From an uncultured Fibrobacteraceae bacterium (GTDB taxonomy: Bacteria > Krumholzibacteriota > Krumholzibacteriia > LZORAL124-64-63), in the NCBI GenBank assembly GCA_964399195.1, contig CAYNPY010000002.1, positions 15,129 to 79,128 on the forward strand: a DNA stretch of 64,000 bases. The letters are read 5' to 3'. This document shows positions 16,112 to 24,571 of the stretch, one piece after another; the stretch's first letter is position 1; each line of letters opens with the position of its first letter. Below the pieces are notes generated by a model. It ran no database searches. It saw nothing but the letters and a program-made list of their open reading frames with translations, and was not told the origin of the DNA. The position numbers and the translations under genes were made by a program.

Positions 16112-17791
16112 TCAGGGCCGCGCCAGGCGGGCGAGCGCCGCGCGCAGCTTCGGGTGCCGGTCGAACCGCGCCACGAATTCGCGCTCGCTGCGGCCGCCCT
16201 TGGCGCGGACCACGGCCGCCAGCGCCCGCTTCTCGGCGGCGGTCCACCGCCCCAGACCCGGCAGCAGCAGCACCAGCGGTCCCCAGCGCTCCCAGGCCAG
16301 CCGTTCGCCCGCCGCGCGCGGGGCCGCCCCCGGCTGCCCGAGCCGCAGCCGCGCCTCCCTGGCGCAGACCGGCCCGGCCAGATCGCGCCGCGCCCCGAAG
16401 CGCCGCGCCAGATAGGCCGACACCTTCAGGCCCGCCTCGGCCAGCGCCAGCCGCCCGATGATGTCCTCGCGCGGGGCGCCGCGGTCGTAGTACACGTTGC
16501 CCTCGACCAGACGGCGGAGCACGGACGGACGGGTGCGGTGGCCGGGCCGCCGCTTCATCAGCGCCAGCTCGGCGCGCATCAGCTTCAGGATGGCCCGGTC
16601 GCGCGAGCGGAAGCCCAGCTTCTGGTAGAACCACCAGGCGCCGGTGCGCAGGCCCTCGTCGTTGCCGTCGCCGCCCAGCTGGTACGGGTAGACGGTGAAG
16701 GTGTCCGCCGCGAACACGCGCAGGAGTCCCGCGAGCAGCCGCGCGTAGAGGCGGCCGGCCTCGGCGCCGCGGAACGTCTCGAACAGGTTGAAGGCCACCT
16801 CGATGGAGCCGTACAGCGCGCTGACCACGCCGTAGCCCACGGGCACGCCGTTGCGCAGGATGAGGTAGCCGTACACCGCCTCCAGCAGCAGCCGGCGCTC
16901 GGGCGTCATCCCGATCAGCGCGAACTGCAGCCCCTCGCCGTCGTCGATGAGCAGAACGTCGCGCGGGTCGGCCCAGGCGAAGGCGTCCAGGTCGCGGCTG
17001 CGCGTGATCATCGCTTCGCGCGCCAGGTCAACCACCGCGCGGCCGACCGCCGGGCCGGCGGCGCGCACGGCCCGCGGCGGCCGGTCCAGCTCCAGGGCCA
17101 GGTCGGGACGCCGACCGTCCGGCGGCGTCGCCTGCCAGTGGACCGGCGAGCCCGCCAGGCGCGCCAGCGTCCGCGACGGACCGCCGACGCCGCCCTCGAG
17201 CGTCAGCCACAGGTCCAGCCGCTCGTAGAGGTACTCGTGCGCGAACGTGCCCAGCCCCAGGCGGCCCAGGCGCTCGGCGACGAAGGCCCCGTCGGCCTCG
17301 CGCGGCCCCTTCAGCCGTTCCAGCCACTCGCGGGCGCCGAAGCCCAGTTCATCCAGGGCCGGAGTTTCGCTCCACGTGGCCAGCAGCGGCAGCACGCCCT
17401 CCACCTGGGCAGGGTCGCAGGCTTCCCAGTCGATTCGCAGCCGATCGGGCCAGCGCGCCGCGGCCCAGCGCGCCATCGCGGCGTAGAACCGGTACTGGAT
17501 GTCGGCGCCGGCCACGCCCGTGTCGGCCAGCTCGGCGCGGAGCCGGCCGAGATCCTCGCGGCGGGCGAAGCCGCGCAGCAGCCTCTCGACCAGCACCAGG
17601 ACGCCCGCATCGTCGGGGTAGGCGCGGCTGAAGCAGAGCAGTTCGTGGAACCGCAGCAGGTCGCCCGCGCGGCGCCAGGAGACGCGGCCGGCCTCCCGCA
17701 GCAGCCGACGGCGCCGGCGGGCGGGTTCGGGGCCGAACTGCAGACGCAGCGCCTCGAGCTGGCGGAGCAGGCTGGCGGGCGTGGCGGACAT
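16112..17791 (-). CDS. Conserved-looking hypothetical protein (559 aa) with a possible GNAT-like segment
   Basis: Uses the internal ATG 17789-17791 of ORF 16112-18196. The frame reads as ordinary protein sequence throughout. I recognise no motif in the first ~300 aa. The segment LILRNGVPVGYGVV...IEVAFNLFETFRG...GAWWFYQKLGFR loosely recalls an acyl-CoA N-acyltransferase fold. Confidence 0.6.
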   Translation of the reverse strand: MSATPASLLRQLEALRLQFGPEPARRRRRLLREAGRVSWRRAGDLLRFHELLCFSRAYPDDAGVLVLVERLLRGFARREDLGRLRAELADTGVAGADIQYRFYAAMARWAAARWPDRLRIDWEACDPAQVEGVLPLLATWSETPALDELGFGAREWLERLKGPREADGAFVAERLGRLGLGTFAHEYLYERLDLWLTLEGGVGGPSRTLARLAGSPVHWQATPPDGRRPDLALELDRPPRAVRAAGPAVGRAVVDLAREAMITRSRDLDAFAWADPRDVLLIDDGEGLQFALIGMTPERRLLLEAVYGYLILRNGVPVGYGVVSALYGSIEVAFNLFETFRGAEAGRLYARLLAGLLRVFAADTFTVYPYQLGGDGNDEGLRTGAWWFYQKLGFRSRDRAILKLMRAELALMKRRPGHRTRPSVLRRLVEGNVYYDRGAPREDIIGRLALAEAGLKVSAYLARRFGARRDLAGPVCAREARLRLGQPGAAPRAAGERLAWERWGPLVLLLPGLGRWTAAEKRALAAVVRAKGGRSEREFVARFDRHPKLRAALARLARP

Positions 17792-18002
17792 GGGCTGCCT
17801 CCGGGTTGCGGACGGGTCGCGGCGCGGGCGATTGTAGGGTCGGCGCGGGCCGGCTGGCCACGCCCAAGTGCACAACGTCCAAGCGCGCCAAGCCCGGGTG
17901 GGGCCGCGGCGGTGAACGCCGCACGCGCCCGGCAACCCGGCAGCCTTCCGCGACGTAGCACCGCGGTCACGCGCACCACCCAACTGGACGGAGAGTCGCC
18001 TC

Positions 18003-20336
18003 GTGCCCATCCCGCGCCGCCCTCGCCCCCTGTACGCCGCCGCCGCCGATGCGGCGCGCACCCCGGTCCTGGTCGCCCTGGCGGCCGCCGTTCTGGCGTT
18101 CGCGGGGGTCGCCCCGGCGCCCGCAGCGCCGCCGGCGGGCCCCTGGCAGCCCGAGCGGCACCCGCGCCTGGAGACCCGCCGCGCCGCGGGTCCCATCGCG
18201 GTGGACGGGCTGCTGGACGATGCCGGCTGGCGGGACCTGCCGCGGGCGACGAACTTCGTCGAGCACTCGCCCGGCGACCAGATCCAGCCGCCGCACCCGA
18301 CAGAGGCGATGCTGACCTGGGACGACGAGCACCTCTACGCGGCCTTCATCTGCTGGGCCGATCCCGAACAGGTGCGCGCCTCCTTCAGCGAGCGCGACCG
18401 CATCTGGGACGACGACTACGTCATCCTGGCCCTCGACACCTTCGGCGACCAGGCCTGGGCCTTCGAGCTGGCCTCCAACCCGCACGGAGTGCAGGGAGAC
18501 CTGCTGTGGTCCGCCGGCAACGGCGAGGACATCACCTACGACGTGCTGTTCCACTCCGCCGGCCGCATCACCGACGAGGGCTGGCAGGTCGAGATGGCCA
18601 TCCCCTGGAGCAGCCTGCGCTTCCCCGACCGCGAGCACCAGGAGTGGCGCGTCGACTTCTGGCGCAACGACCACCGGCAGGTGCGCGGCCAGTATTCGTG
18701 GGGCATCTACGACCGCGACCAGGACTGTTGGCCCTGCCAGTGGGGCACGGTCACCGGCATTTCCGGCGTGCGCCCCGGCACGGGGCTGACGCTGCTGCCG
18801 GCGCTCGTCGCCTCGCAGGTCGGCGGCCGCGAAGCCGGTCCCGGCGGCGAAGCCGGCCCCTGGAGCAACGGCAAGATCATGGGCGAGCCGTCGCTCGGGG
18901 TGGCCTACGGCGTCACGCCGTCAGTCACCGTCGAGGCGACGCTCAACCCCGATTTCTCGCAGGTCGAGAGCGACGCCGCGCAGATCGACGTCAATTCCGC
19001 GTTCGCCCTCTCCTACCCCGAGAAGCGCCCGTTCTTCCAGGAGGGCAGCGACCTCTGGAACACGAACTTCGCCGCGGTCTACACGCGCGCCCTGAACCGG
19101 CCGTTCTTCGCCGCCAAGCTCACCGGCCGGCCGGGCCGCACCAACTTCGCCGCCCTGGTCGCGCAGGACGACGCCACGCCGTTCCTGCTGCCGTTCGCCG
19201 AGGGCAGCGCGCTGCTGGAAGGCGGCCGCAGCTGGTCGTTCCTGTCGCGCGTGCGCCACACCCTTGGCAGGCAGTCGCACGTCGGGCTCATCTCGACCGC
19301 GCGCTGGCACGAAGGCGGCGGCTACGGCGCGGTGCAGGGCGTCGATACGCGGCTGAACCTGTCGGACCAGTGGCGGGTGGAGTCGCAGGCCGTGCTGAGC
19401 ACCACCGCCGAGCCCGACGACCCGGCCCTGACCGCCGGCTTGGGCGACCGGACCTTCGACGGCGGCCGCCACACCGCGGCCTTCGACGGCGAGTACTTCA
19501 CGGGGCACGGCCTGTATGCCAGTCTCGAGCGCAGCGGCCGCCACTGGAACCTGGACGCGGACTACTGGCAGCGCAGCCCCACCTTCCGCGCGGAATCCGG
19601 CTTCGAGCCCCGCAACGACCAGCGCACGTTCAACGGCTGGACCGGCTACACCTTCTACCGGGAGGCGGGCCTGCTCGAGCGCCTGCAGCCGACGCTGGCG
19701 GCGGGGCGCGTCTGGGACTTCGACGACGTGCGCAAGGACGAGTGGCTGATGGGCAGCCTGCGGGCCTGGCTGCGCGCGGCGCAGACCCAGGTCTGGGTCG
19801 AGGCGATGCAGAGCAACGAGCTCTACCACGGCATCCAGTTCGACGGCATCAGCAGCCGCGAGGCGGGCATCCAGGCGCGCCCGTCCGAGCAGTTCGTCGG
19901 CGGCGCCGAGGTGAGCTACGGCCACCGCATCGCCCGCTTCGCCGACGTCATGGGCCGCCAGCTCAACCGGAGCTTCTGGTTCAACCTGAAGCCCTGGCAG
20001 CGACTGCTGGTGGAGCAGAGCTACAACGACACGCGCAGCGACGACCTGGGCGGAAACGGGCGCCTGTTCGAGGGCTGGATCGCGCGCACGCGCCTGAACC
20101 TGCAGCTGTCCCGCGAATGGTCGGTCCGGCTGGTCGTCCAGTACGACGACTTCCGCCGCGCCTGGGACGCCGACCCGCTGGTGACGTTCCGGCTGAACCC
20201 GTTCTCGATCTTCTACGTGGGGTCCACGCGCAGCTACGCCGAGTACGCCGCGCAGCCCGCCCCGGGCGGGCAGGAGGAATGGCGCCTGGGCGCGCGCACC
20301 TACTTCCTGAAGCTGCAATACCTCTGGCAGATCTGA
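18003..20336 (+). CDS. Outer-membrane/secreted protein, CBM9-like N-terminal module plus DUF5916-like barrel
   Basis: 777 aa from a GTG start, with a signal peptide (VLVALAAAVLAFAGVAPAPA). Matching strings are IAVDGLLDDAGW, HLYAAFICW, DDDYVILALDTF and WQVEMAIPWSSLRF. A long beta-rich region ends in an aromatic tail (LKLQYLWQI). The family name is from memory. Confidence 0.7.
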   Translation: MPIPRRPRPLYAAAADAARTPVLVALAAAVLAFAGVAPAPAAPPAGPWQPERHPRLETRRAAGPIAVDGLLDDAGWRDLPRATNFVEHSPGDQIQPPHPTEAMLTWDDEHLYAAFICWADPEQVRASFSERDRIWDDDYVILALDTFGDQAWAFELASNPHGVQGDLLWSAGNGEDITYDVLFHSAGRITDEGWQVEMAIPWSSLRFPDREHQEWRVDFWRNDHRQVRGQYSWGIYDRDQDCWPCQWGTVTGISGVRPGTGLTLLPALVASQVGGREAGPGGEAGPWSNGKIMGEPSLGVAYGVTPSVTVEATLNPDFSQVESDAAQIDVNSAFALSYPEKRPFFQEGSDLWNTNFAAVYTRALNRPFFAAKLTGRPGRTNFAALVAQDDATPFLLPFAEGSALLEGGRSWSFLSRVRHTLGRQSHVGLISTARWHEGGGYGAVQGVDTRLNLSDQWRVESQAVLSTTAEPDDPALTAGLGDRTFDGGRHTAAFDGEYFTGHGLYASLERSGRHWNLDADYWQRSPTFRAESGFEPRNDQRTFNGWTGYTFYREAGLLERLQPTLAAGRVWDFDDVRKDEWLMGSLRAWLRAAQTQVWVEAMQSNELYHGIQFDGISSREAGIQARPSEQFVGGAEVSYGHRIARFADVMGRQLNRSFWFNLKPWQRLLVEQSYNDTRSDDLGGNGRLFEGWIARTRLNLQLSREWSVRLVVQYDDFRRAWDADPLVTFRLNPFSIFYVGSTRSYAEYAAQPAPGGQEEWRLGARTYFLKLQYLWQI

Positions 20337-20342
20337 CGGCGC

Positions 20343-21005
20343 CTATTCCGCCCCGCAGTCGCCCTCGAGGATGCACTTGACCTTGAAGCTGAGCGCCATG
20401 ATGCCCACGGCCAGGCGCTCGTTGCGCACGGCCACCGTGCCGGGCACCTTCAGGTCGGTCGGCGCGAAGTTGACGATGCCGACGATGCCCGCCTTCACCA
20501 GCCGGTCGGTCACCGCCTGCGCGTGCTGCGCCGGCACGGTCAGGATCGCGATGCGGATGCCCTCGCCGGCGACGACCGCCTCCAGTTCGTCCATGTCCCG
20601 CACGGGCTGGCCGCGGATCTCCAGGCCCGCCAGCCGCGGGTTGGCGTCGAAGATCCCCCGCACGGGGAAGCCCTGCACCTCGAGGTTGCCGTAGTTGGCC
20701 AGCGCCTGGCCCAGGTGGCCGGCGCCGACGATCGCCACCGCCTGCGGCTCGGCCACGCCGATGATCTTCTCCAGCGCCGGCACCAGCTTGCCCACCTGGT
20801 ACGGGCGGCCGGGCCGGCTGAACCCGCCGAAGTAGTGGAAGTCGTGCCTGAGCTGGCTGGCCTTGATGTCCAGCGACTCGGCCAGCTGCCGGCTGGAGAC
20901 ATCCTCGACGCCCATCGCCTGCAGCAGCTTGAGCTTCTCCAGGTAGCGCGGGAGCCGGTGGATGGTCGCCTCGGGAACCTCGGAATGCCGCCTGATCTTG
21001 CGCAC
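20343..21005 (-). CDS. rex: Redox-sensing transcriptional repressor Rex
   Basis: 220 aa from a GTG start. The winged-helix N-terminus is IHRLPRYLEKLKLLQAMGVEDVSSRQLAESLDIKASQLRHDFHYFG. The Rossmann motif is VAIVGAGHLGQALANY, followed by IAILTVPAQHAQAV and GIVNFAP. Confidence 0.9.
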   Translation of the reverse strand: MRKIRRHSEVPEATIHRLPRYLEKLKLLQAMGVEDVSSRQLAESLDIKASQLRHDFHYFGGFSRPGRPYQVGKLVPALEKIIGVAEPQAVAIVGAGHLGQALANYGNLEVQGFPVRGIFDANPRLAGLEIRGQPVRDMDELEAVVAGEGIRIAILTVPAQHAQAVTDRLVKAGIVGIVNFAPTDLKVPGTVAVRNERLAVGIMALSFKVKCILEGDCGAE

Positions 21006-21097
21006 TGACCGCCTCCCGGCTGTCTCCGTAAACGCATCGGCGCCGGCACGGCCCCGAATCCGGCCATCCCGGCGGCTTGTTACCTGTTTGACGATTC

Positions 21098-21126
21098 ACC
21101 ATATTCGGAATCTAATCACGTGTCAA
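21098..21126 (-). promoter_or_regulatory. Candidate rex promoter
   Basis: On the minus strand: TTGACA (21126-21121), a 17-nt spacer, then TATGGT (21103-21098). The -35 element is one arm of the palindrome at 21121-21136. Confidence 0.45.
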
Positions 21127-21136
21127 CCGGTTGACA
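21121..21136. promoter_or_regulatory. Perfect 16-bp palindrome, candidate Rex operator
   Basis: TGTCAACCGGTTGACA is its own reverse complement. It lies in the 210-bp rex/gatE divergent spacer. It differs from the Rex box TGTGAAC-NN-GTTCACA (from memory) only by a symmetric G-to-C change in each half-site. Confidence 0.5.
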
Positions 21137-21148
21137 GGCGTCCGGTTT

Positions 21149-21169
21149 CGGGGCCCGCCGCGGGCCCCG
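21149..21169. other. 9-bp GC hairpin in the rex/gatE spacer
   Basis: CGGGGCCCG (21149-21157), loop CCG, then CGGGCCCCG (21161-21169). The stem is perfect. It is preceded by TTT on the plus strand and has no following U tract on either strand. Role unknown. Confidence 0.3.
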
Positions 21170-21215
21170 CGCCTGCCTGCCGGGCGCCAGAGCAGCCGCA
21201 GGAAGGTGGGCCCCC

Positions 21216-23159
21216 TTGTCCCTGTCCAGCCGCTACCGACTGTCCGACCCCTGGCTCCTGCAGCCGCTGCCCGCCTGGGGCACGCTGGGCGACGACGACT
21301 ACCACGCCCTGGGCTTCCGCTGCGGGCTGGAGATCCACCAGCAGCTGCTGACCGCGCGCAAGCTCTTCTGCCGCTGCCCGGCCGGCCGCTACCACCGCGA
21401 CCGGCACGACGCCGAGATCCTGCGGCACATGCGCCCCACGCTGTCGGAGATGGGCGAGTACGACGGCACCGCGCTGATGGAGTTCAAGACGCGCAAGGAG
21501 ATCGTCTACCTGCTGGACCGCGAGACGGTGTGCACCTACGAGATGGACGACGCCCCGCCGTTCGAGATGGACGACGTCGCCCTGGACGGCAGCCTGCTGA
21601 TGGCGATGCTCCTGGGCTGCAACGTCGTCAGCGAGGTGCACATCACGCGCAAGCAGTACCTGGACGGCAGCATCCCGACCGGCTTCCAGCGCACGGCCAT
21701 CGTCGGCACCGACGGCCGCATCCCCTTCGGCGCGCGCAGCGTGCGCATCCGCCAGATCAGCCTCGAGGAGGACAGCTGCCGCGAGGTCAGCGACAAGGGC
21801 CACCGCCGCATCTACCGCACCGACCGCCTGGGCATGCCGCTGATCGAGACCGTGACCGACCCGGACATGCGCACCCCGCACGAGGCGATGGCCGTCGGCC
21901 AGCTCCTGCGCTGGCTCGCGCGCAGCGGCGGCATGGTGCGCACGGGCGCCGGCGCCGCCAGGCAGGACGTGAACGTCAGTGTCGAGGGCGGCACGCGCAT
22001 CGAGATCAAGGGCGTGCCCAGCCTGCGCGAGGTGGGCCGCCTGACGCACAACGAGGCCCTGCGCCAGCGTTCGCTGCTGGGCATCCGCGGCGAGCTGGCG
22101 CGGCGCGGCGTCACCGCCGAGTCGATCGGCGACCGGATGGTGGACGTCACGCCGCAGGTGAGGGGCACGGCCTGCGGCTACATCGCGCAGGCGGTGGCGC
22201 AGGGCGCCGTGGTGGGCGCCGTGGCGCTGCCGGGGTTCCAGGGCCTGCTCGAGGCGCCGACCCAGCCGCGCACGTCGTTCCTCAAGGAGATCAGCGACCG
22301 CGTGCGCGTGATCGCCTGCCTGGACGACCTGCCCAACCTGGTGGCCTCCTCGCAGAACGCGCCGTCGCTCTCCAGCGGCGAGTGGGAGCGCGTGACCAAG
22401 GCCGTCGGCGCCGAGGCGGACGTGCCGGTGATCGTGGTCTGGGGAGCGCGCGCCGACGTCGAGACGGCCGCGCGCGAAGTGGTCCTGCGCGCCCGCGACG
22501 CCGTGCGCGGCGTGCCCAACGAGACGCGCCAGGCCCTGGACGACGGCACCAACGGCTTCGAGCGCATCCTGCCCGGCGCCGACCGCATGTACCCGGACAC
22601 CGACCTGCCGCCCATCCGCCTGGAGGACGTCCGGATCGACGGCATCGCCGCGCGCCTGCCGCTGCGTCCCTGGGAGCGGCGGGAGCGCCTGCGCGACCTC
22701 GGCGTGGGCGAGGATCTGGCGTCGCGGCTGGCCCGCCACCGGGCCTGGGACCTGTTCGAGCATCTGGCGGCCCTGCTGCCGGACGGCTGCGCGTTCGGAC
22801 CCCACAGGCTGGCCTCGCTGCTGCTGGACCGCGAGTGCCCGCGCCCGGCCAGCCTGCGGGCGGCCGGCCCCTGGTGGGAGGCGCTGGTGCGCGACCTGGC
22901 CGCCGGCGCCGTCATCCCCGAGGGCGCCTGGACCGCCGAGGACGAGGTGCCGCGCCGCGCGGACGACGCCCAGGCGCGCCGGCTGTTCGCCGCCGCCTGG
23001 GCGGACGCGCTGGCCGACGGGGGCGCCGGGCTGCCGGACGAGGCCGCGAGGCGCGAACACGCGCTGATGGGCCGGGTCATGCCGCGGCTGCGCGGCCGCG
23101 TGCCGGGCCGCCGGGTCCGCGAATGGGTCGCCGCGGCGGCGAAGGAGGCGCACCGATGA
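21216..23159 (+). CDS. gatE: Archaeal-type Glu-tRNA(Gln) amidotransferase subunit E
   Basis: 647 aa from a TTG start, with GGAAGGTGGG 5 nt upstream. Matching strings: GLEIHQQLLTARKLFCRCP, MRPTLSEMGEYD, GFQRT, ISLEEDSCR, DRLGMPLIETVTDPD, RQDVNVSVEGGTRIEIKGVP. An inserted ~130-aa domain follows. Then come GVPNETRQALDDG..RMYPDTDLPP and a YqeY-like tail (LMGRVMPRLRGRVPG). Confidence 0.85.
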   Translation: MSLSSRYRLSDPWLLQPLPAWGTLGDDDYHALGFRCGLEIHQQLLTARKLFCRCPAGRYHRDRHDAEILRHMRPTLSEMGEYDGTALMEFKTRKEIVYLLDRETVCTYEMDDAPPFEMDDVALDGSLLMAMLLGCNVVSEVHITRKQYLDGSIPTGFQRTAIVGTDGRIPFGARSVRIRQISLEEDSCREVSDKGHRRIYRTDRLGMPLIETVTDPDMRTPHEAMAVGQLLRWLARSGGMVRTGAGAARQDVNVSVEGGTRIEIKGVPSLREVGRLTHNEALRQRSLLGIRGELARRGVTAESIGDRMVDVTPQVRGTACGYIAQAVAQGAVVGAVALPGFQGLLEAPTQPRTSFLKEISDRVRVIACLDDLPNLVASSQNAPSLSSGEWERVTKAVGAEADVPVIVVWGARADVETAAREVVLRARDAVRGVPNETRQALDDGTNGFERILPGADRMYPDTDLPPIRLEDVRIDGIAARLPLRPWERRERLRDLGVGEDLASRLARHRAWDLFEHLAALLPDGCAFGPHRLASLLLDRECPRPASLRAAGPWWEALVRDLAAGAVIPEGAWTAEDEVPRRADDAQARRLFAAAWADALADGGAGLPDEAARREHALMGRVMPRLRGRVPGRRVREWVAAAAKEAHR

Positions 23160-24553
23160 GCAACGTCAGCGACAACGGCGAGTTCAAGGGCTACCGCCCC
23201 CCCACGCTGGACCTGCTGCGCGCCCAGGGGGCGCCGGTCTGGAGCGAAGCCACGCTGCACACCTCGCGCGGCGACTTCACCGGGTTGATCCTGCCGCGCA
23301 GCGAGACGGCCGACGCCGACCACATCGTGCTGAAGCTGGAGACCGGCTACAACATCGGCGTCCGCCACGACACCGTGCGCCGCATCACCGTGCACGGCCG
23401 CAAGGAGGCGCGCTACCAGATCCCGGAGCGCCAGTTCCCCCACGACCCCGGCAAGCCGCGCGTGAAGCTGCTGGGCACCGGCGGCACCATCGCCAGCCGG
23501 CTGGACTACCGCACCGGCGCGGTGATCCCCGCCTTCAGCCCCGGCGAGCTGTACGGCTCGGTGCCGGAGCTGGCCGACATCTGCAACATGGAGACCGAGA
23601 AGCTCTACGGCGTCTTCTCGGAGAACATGGGACCCGAGCAGTGGATGGGGACGGCGCGCGCCATCGCCGCCGAGGTGGAGAAGGGCGTCGCCGGCATCGT
23701 GGTCGGGCACGGCACCGACACCATGCACCACACCGCGGCGGCGCTCAGCTTCATGCTGCAGGACCTGCCGGTGCCCGTGGTCATGGTCGGCAGCCAGCGC
23801 AGCAGCGACCGGCCCAGCTCCGACGCCGCCATCAACCTGATGAACGCCACGCGCACCGCCGCCACCTCCGACATCGCCGAGGTGATGGTCTGCATGTTCG
23901 GCCCCACCAGCGACGAATACGGCCTGCTGCACCGCGGCACGCGCGTGCGCAAGATGCACAGCAGCTACCGGTCCACGTTCCGCACGCTCAGCGACATCCC
24001 GCTGGCCAAGGTCGACGCCGGCGGCGTCACGCCGCTGCGCGACGACTACCGCCGGCGCACCGTGGCCCGCAAGGTGGACCTGAAGGCCGTCTTCGACGAC
24101 CGCGTCTCGCTGGTCTACTACTACCCGAACATGAAGCGCGACATCATCGACTCGCTGATCGACAACGGCTACAAGGGCATCGTCATCGCGGGCACGGGAC
24201 TGGGCCACGTGAACAAGCCGCTGTACCCGACGCTGGACCGCGCGCGCGCCGCCGGCGTGCACGTCTACATGACCGTGCAGACGCTGTGGGGCTACGTGCA
24301 GATGTACGTCTATGAGACGGGGCGCGAGCTGATGGAACTGGGCGTGATCCCCGCGGCCAACATGCTGCCGGAGGTCGCGTACGTGAAGCTGGGCTGGGCG
24401 CTGGGCCAGTCGGACGATGCGGCCGAAGTCCGGCGCCTGATGCTGACGCCCGTCAACGGCGAGATCACCGACCGCGAGCCGCACGACGGCTACCTGGTGC
24501 TGCAGGGAGGCAGCCCGGAGGTGTCGGACTTCATCTCTTCCCACTGGAAGTAG
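23156..24553 (+). CDS. gatD: Archaeal-type Glu-tRNA(Gln) amidotransferase subunit D (asparaginase-like)
   Basis: Uses ATG 23156 within ORF 21131-24553, giving 465 aa, and overlaps the gatE stop (ATGA). A ~90-aa N-terminal domain is followed by an asparaginase fold. Matching strings: KLLGTGGTIASRLDYRTGAV, VVGHGTDTMHHTAAALSF, VGSQRSSDRPSSDAA, IAGTGLGH, MLPEVAYVKLGWALGQ. Confidence 0.9.
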   Translation: MSNVSDNGEFKGYRPPTLDLLRAQGAPVWSEATLHTSRGDFTGLILPRSETADADHIVLKLETGYNIGVRHDTVRRITVHGRKEARYQIPERQFPHDPGKPRVKLLGTGGTIASRLDYRTGAVIPAFSPGELYGSVPELADICNMETEKLYGVFSENMGPEQWMGTARAIAAEVEKGVAGIVVGHGTDTMHHTAAALSFMLQDLPVPVVMVGSQRSSDRPSSDAAINLMNATRTAATSDIAEVMVCMFGPTSDEYGLLHRGTRVRKMHSSYRSTFRTLSDIPLAKVDAGGVTPLRDDYRRRTVARKVDLKAVFDDRVSLVYYYPNMKRDIIDSLIDNGYKGIVIAGTGLGHVNKPLYPTLDRARAAGVHVYMTVQTLWGYVQMYVYETGRELMELGVIPAANMLPEVAYVKLGWALGQSDDAAEVRRLMLTPVNGEITDREPHDGYLVLQGGSPEVSDFISSHWK

Positions 24554-24571
24554 GCGCGGCGAAGCCGCTGG

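Noticed and set aside
16154-20380. 1408-aa plus-strand ORF spanning the 16112-17791 gene (antisense) and the DUF5916-like gene (out of frame)
   Set aside because: Its translation is low-complexity and Arg/Pro/Gly/Ala-rich. Both overlapped genes read as normal proteins, one with a signal peptide and CBM9-like motifs.
21216-24553. Possibility that the whole contig is archaeal, or that gatED marks a recent foreign island
   Set aside because: ECF sigma-70, Rex, SPOR, TolC-like OMF, RND and HlyD adaptors, LemA and FabH are bacterial hallmarks on both sides. I see no flanking repeats, tRNA, integrase or visible GC shift. A chimeric assembly cannot be excluded without read data.
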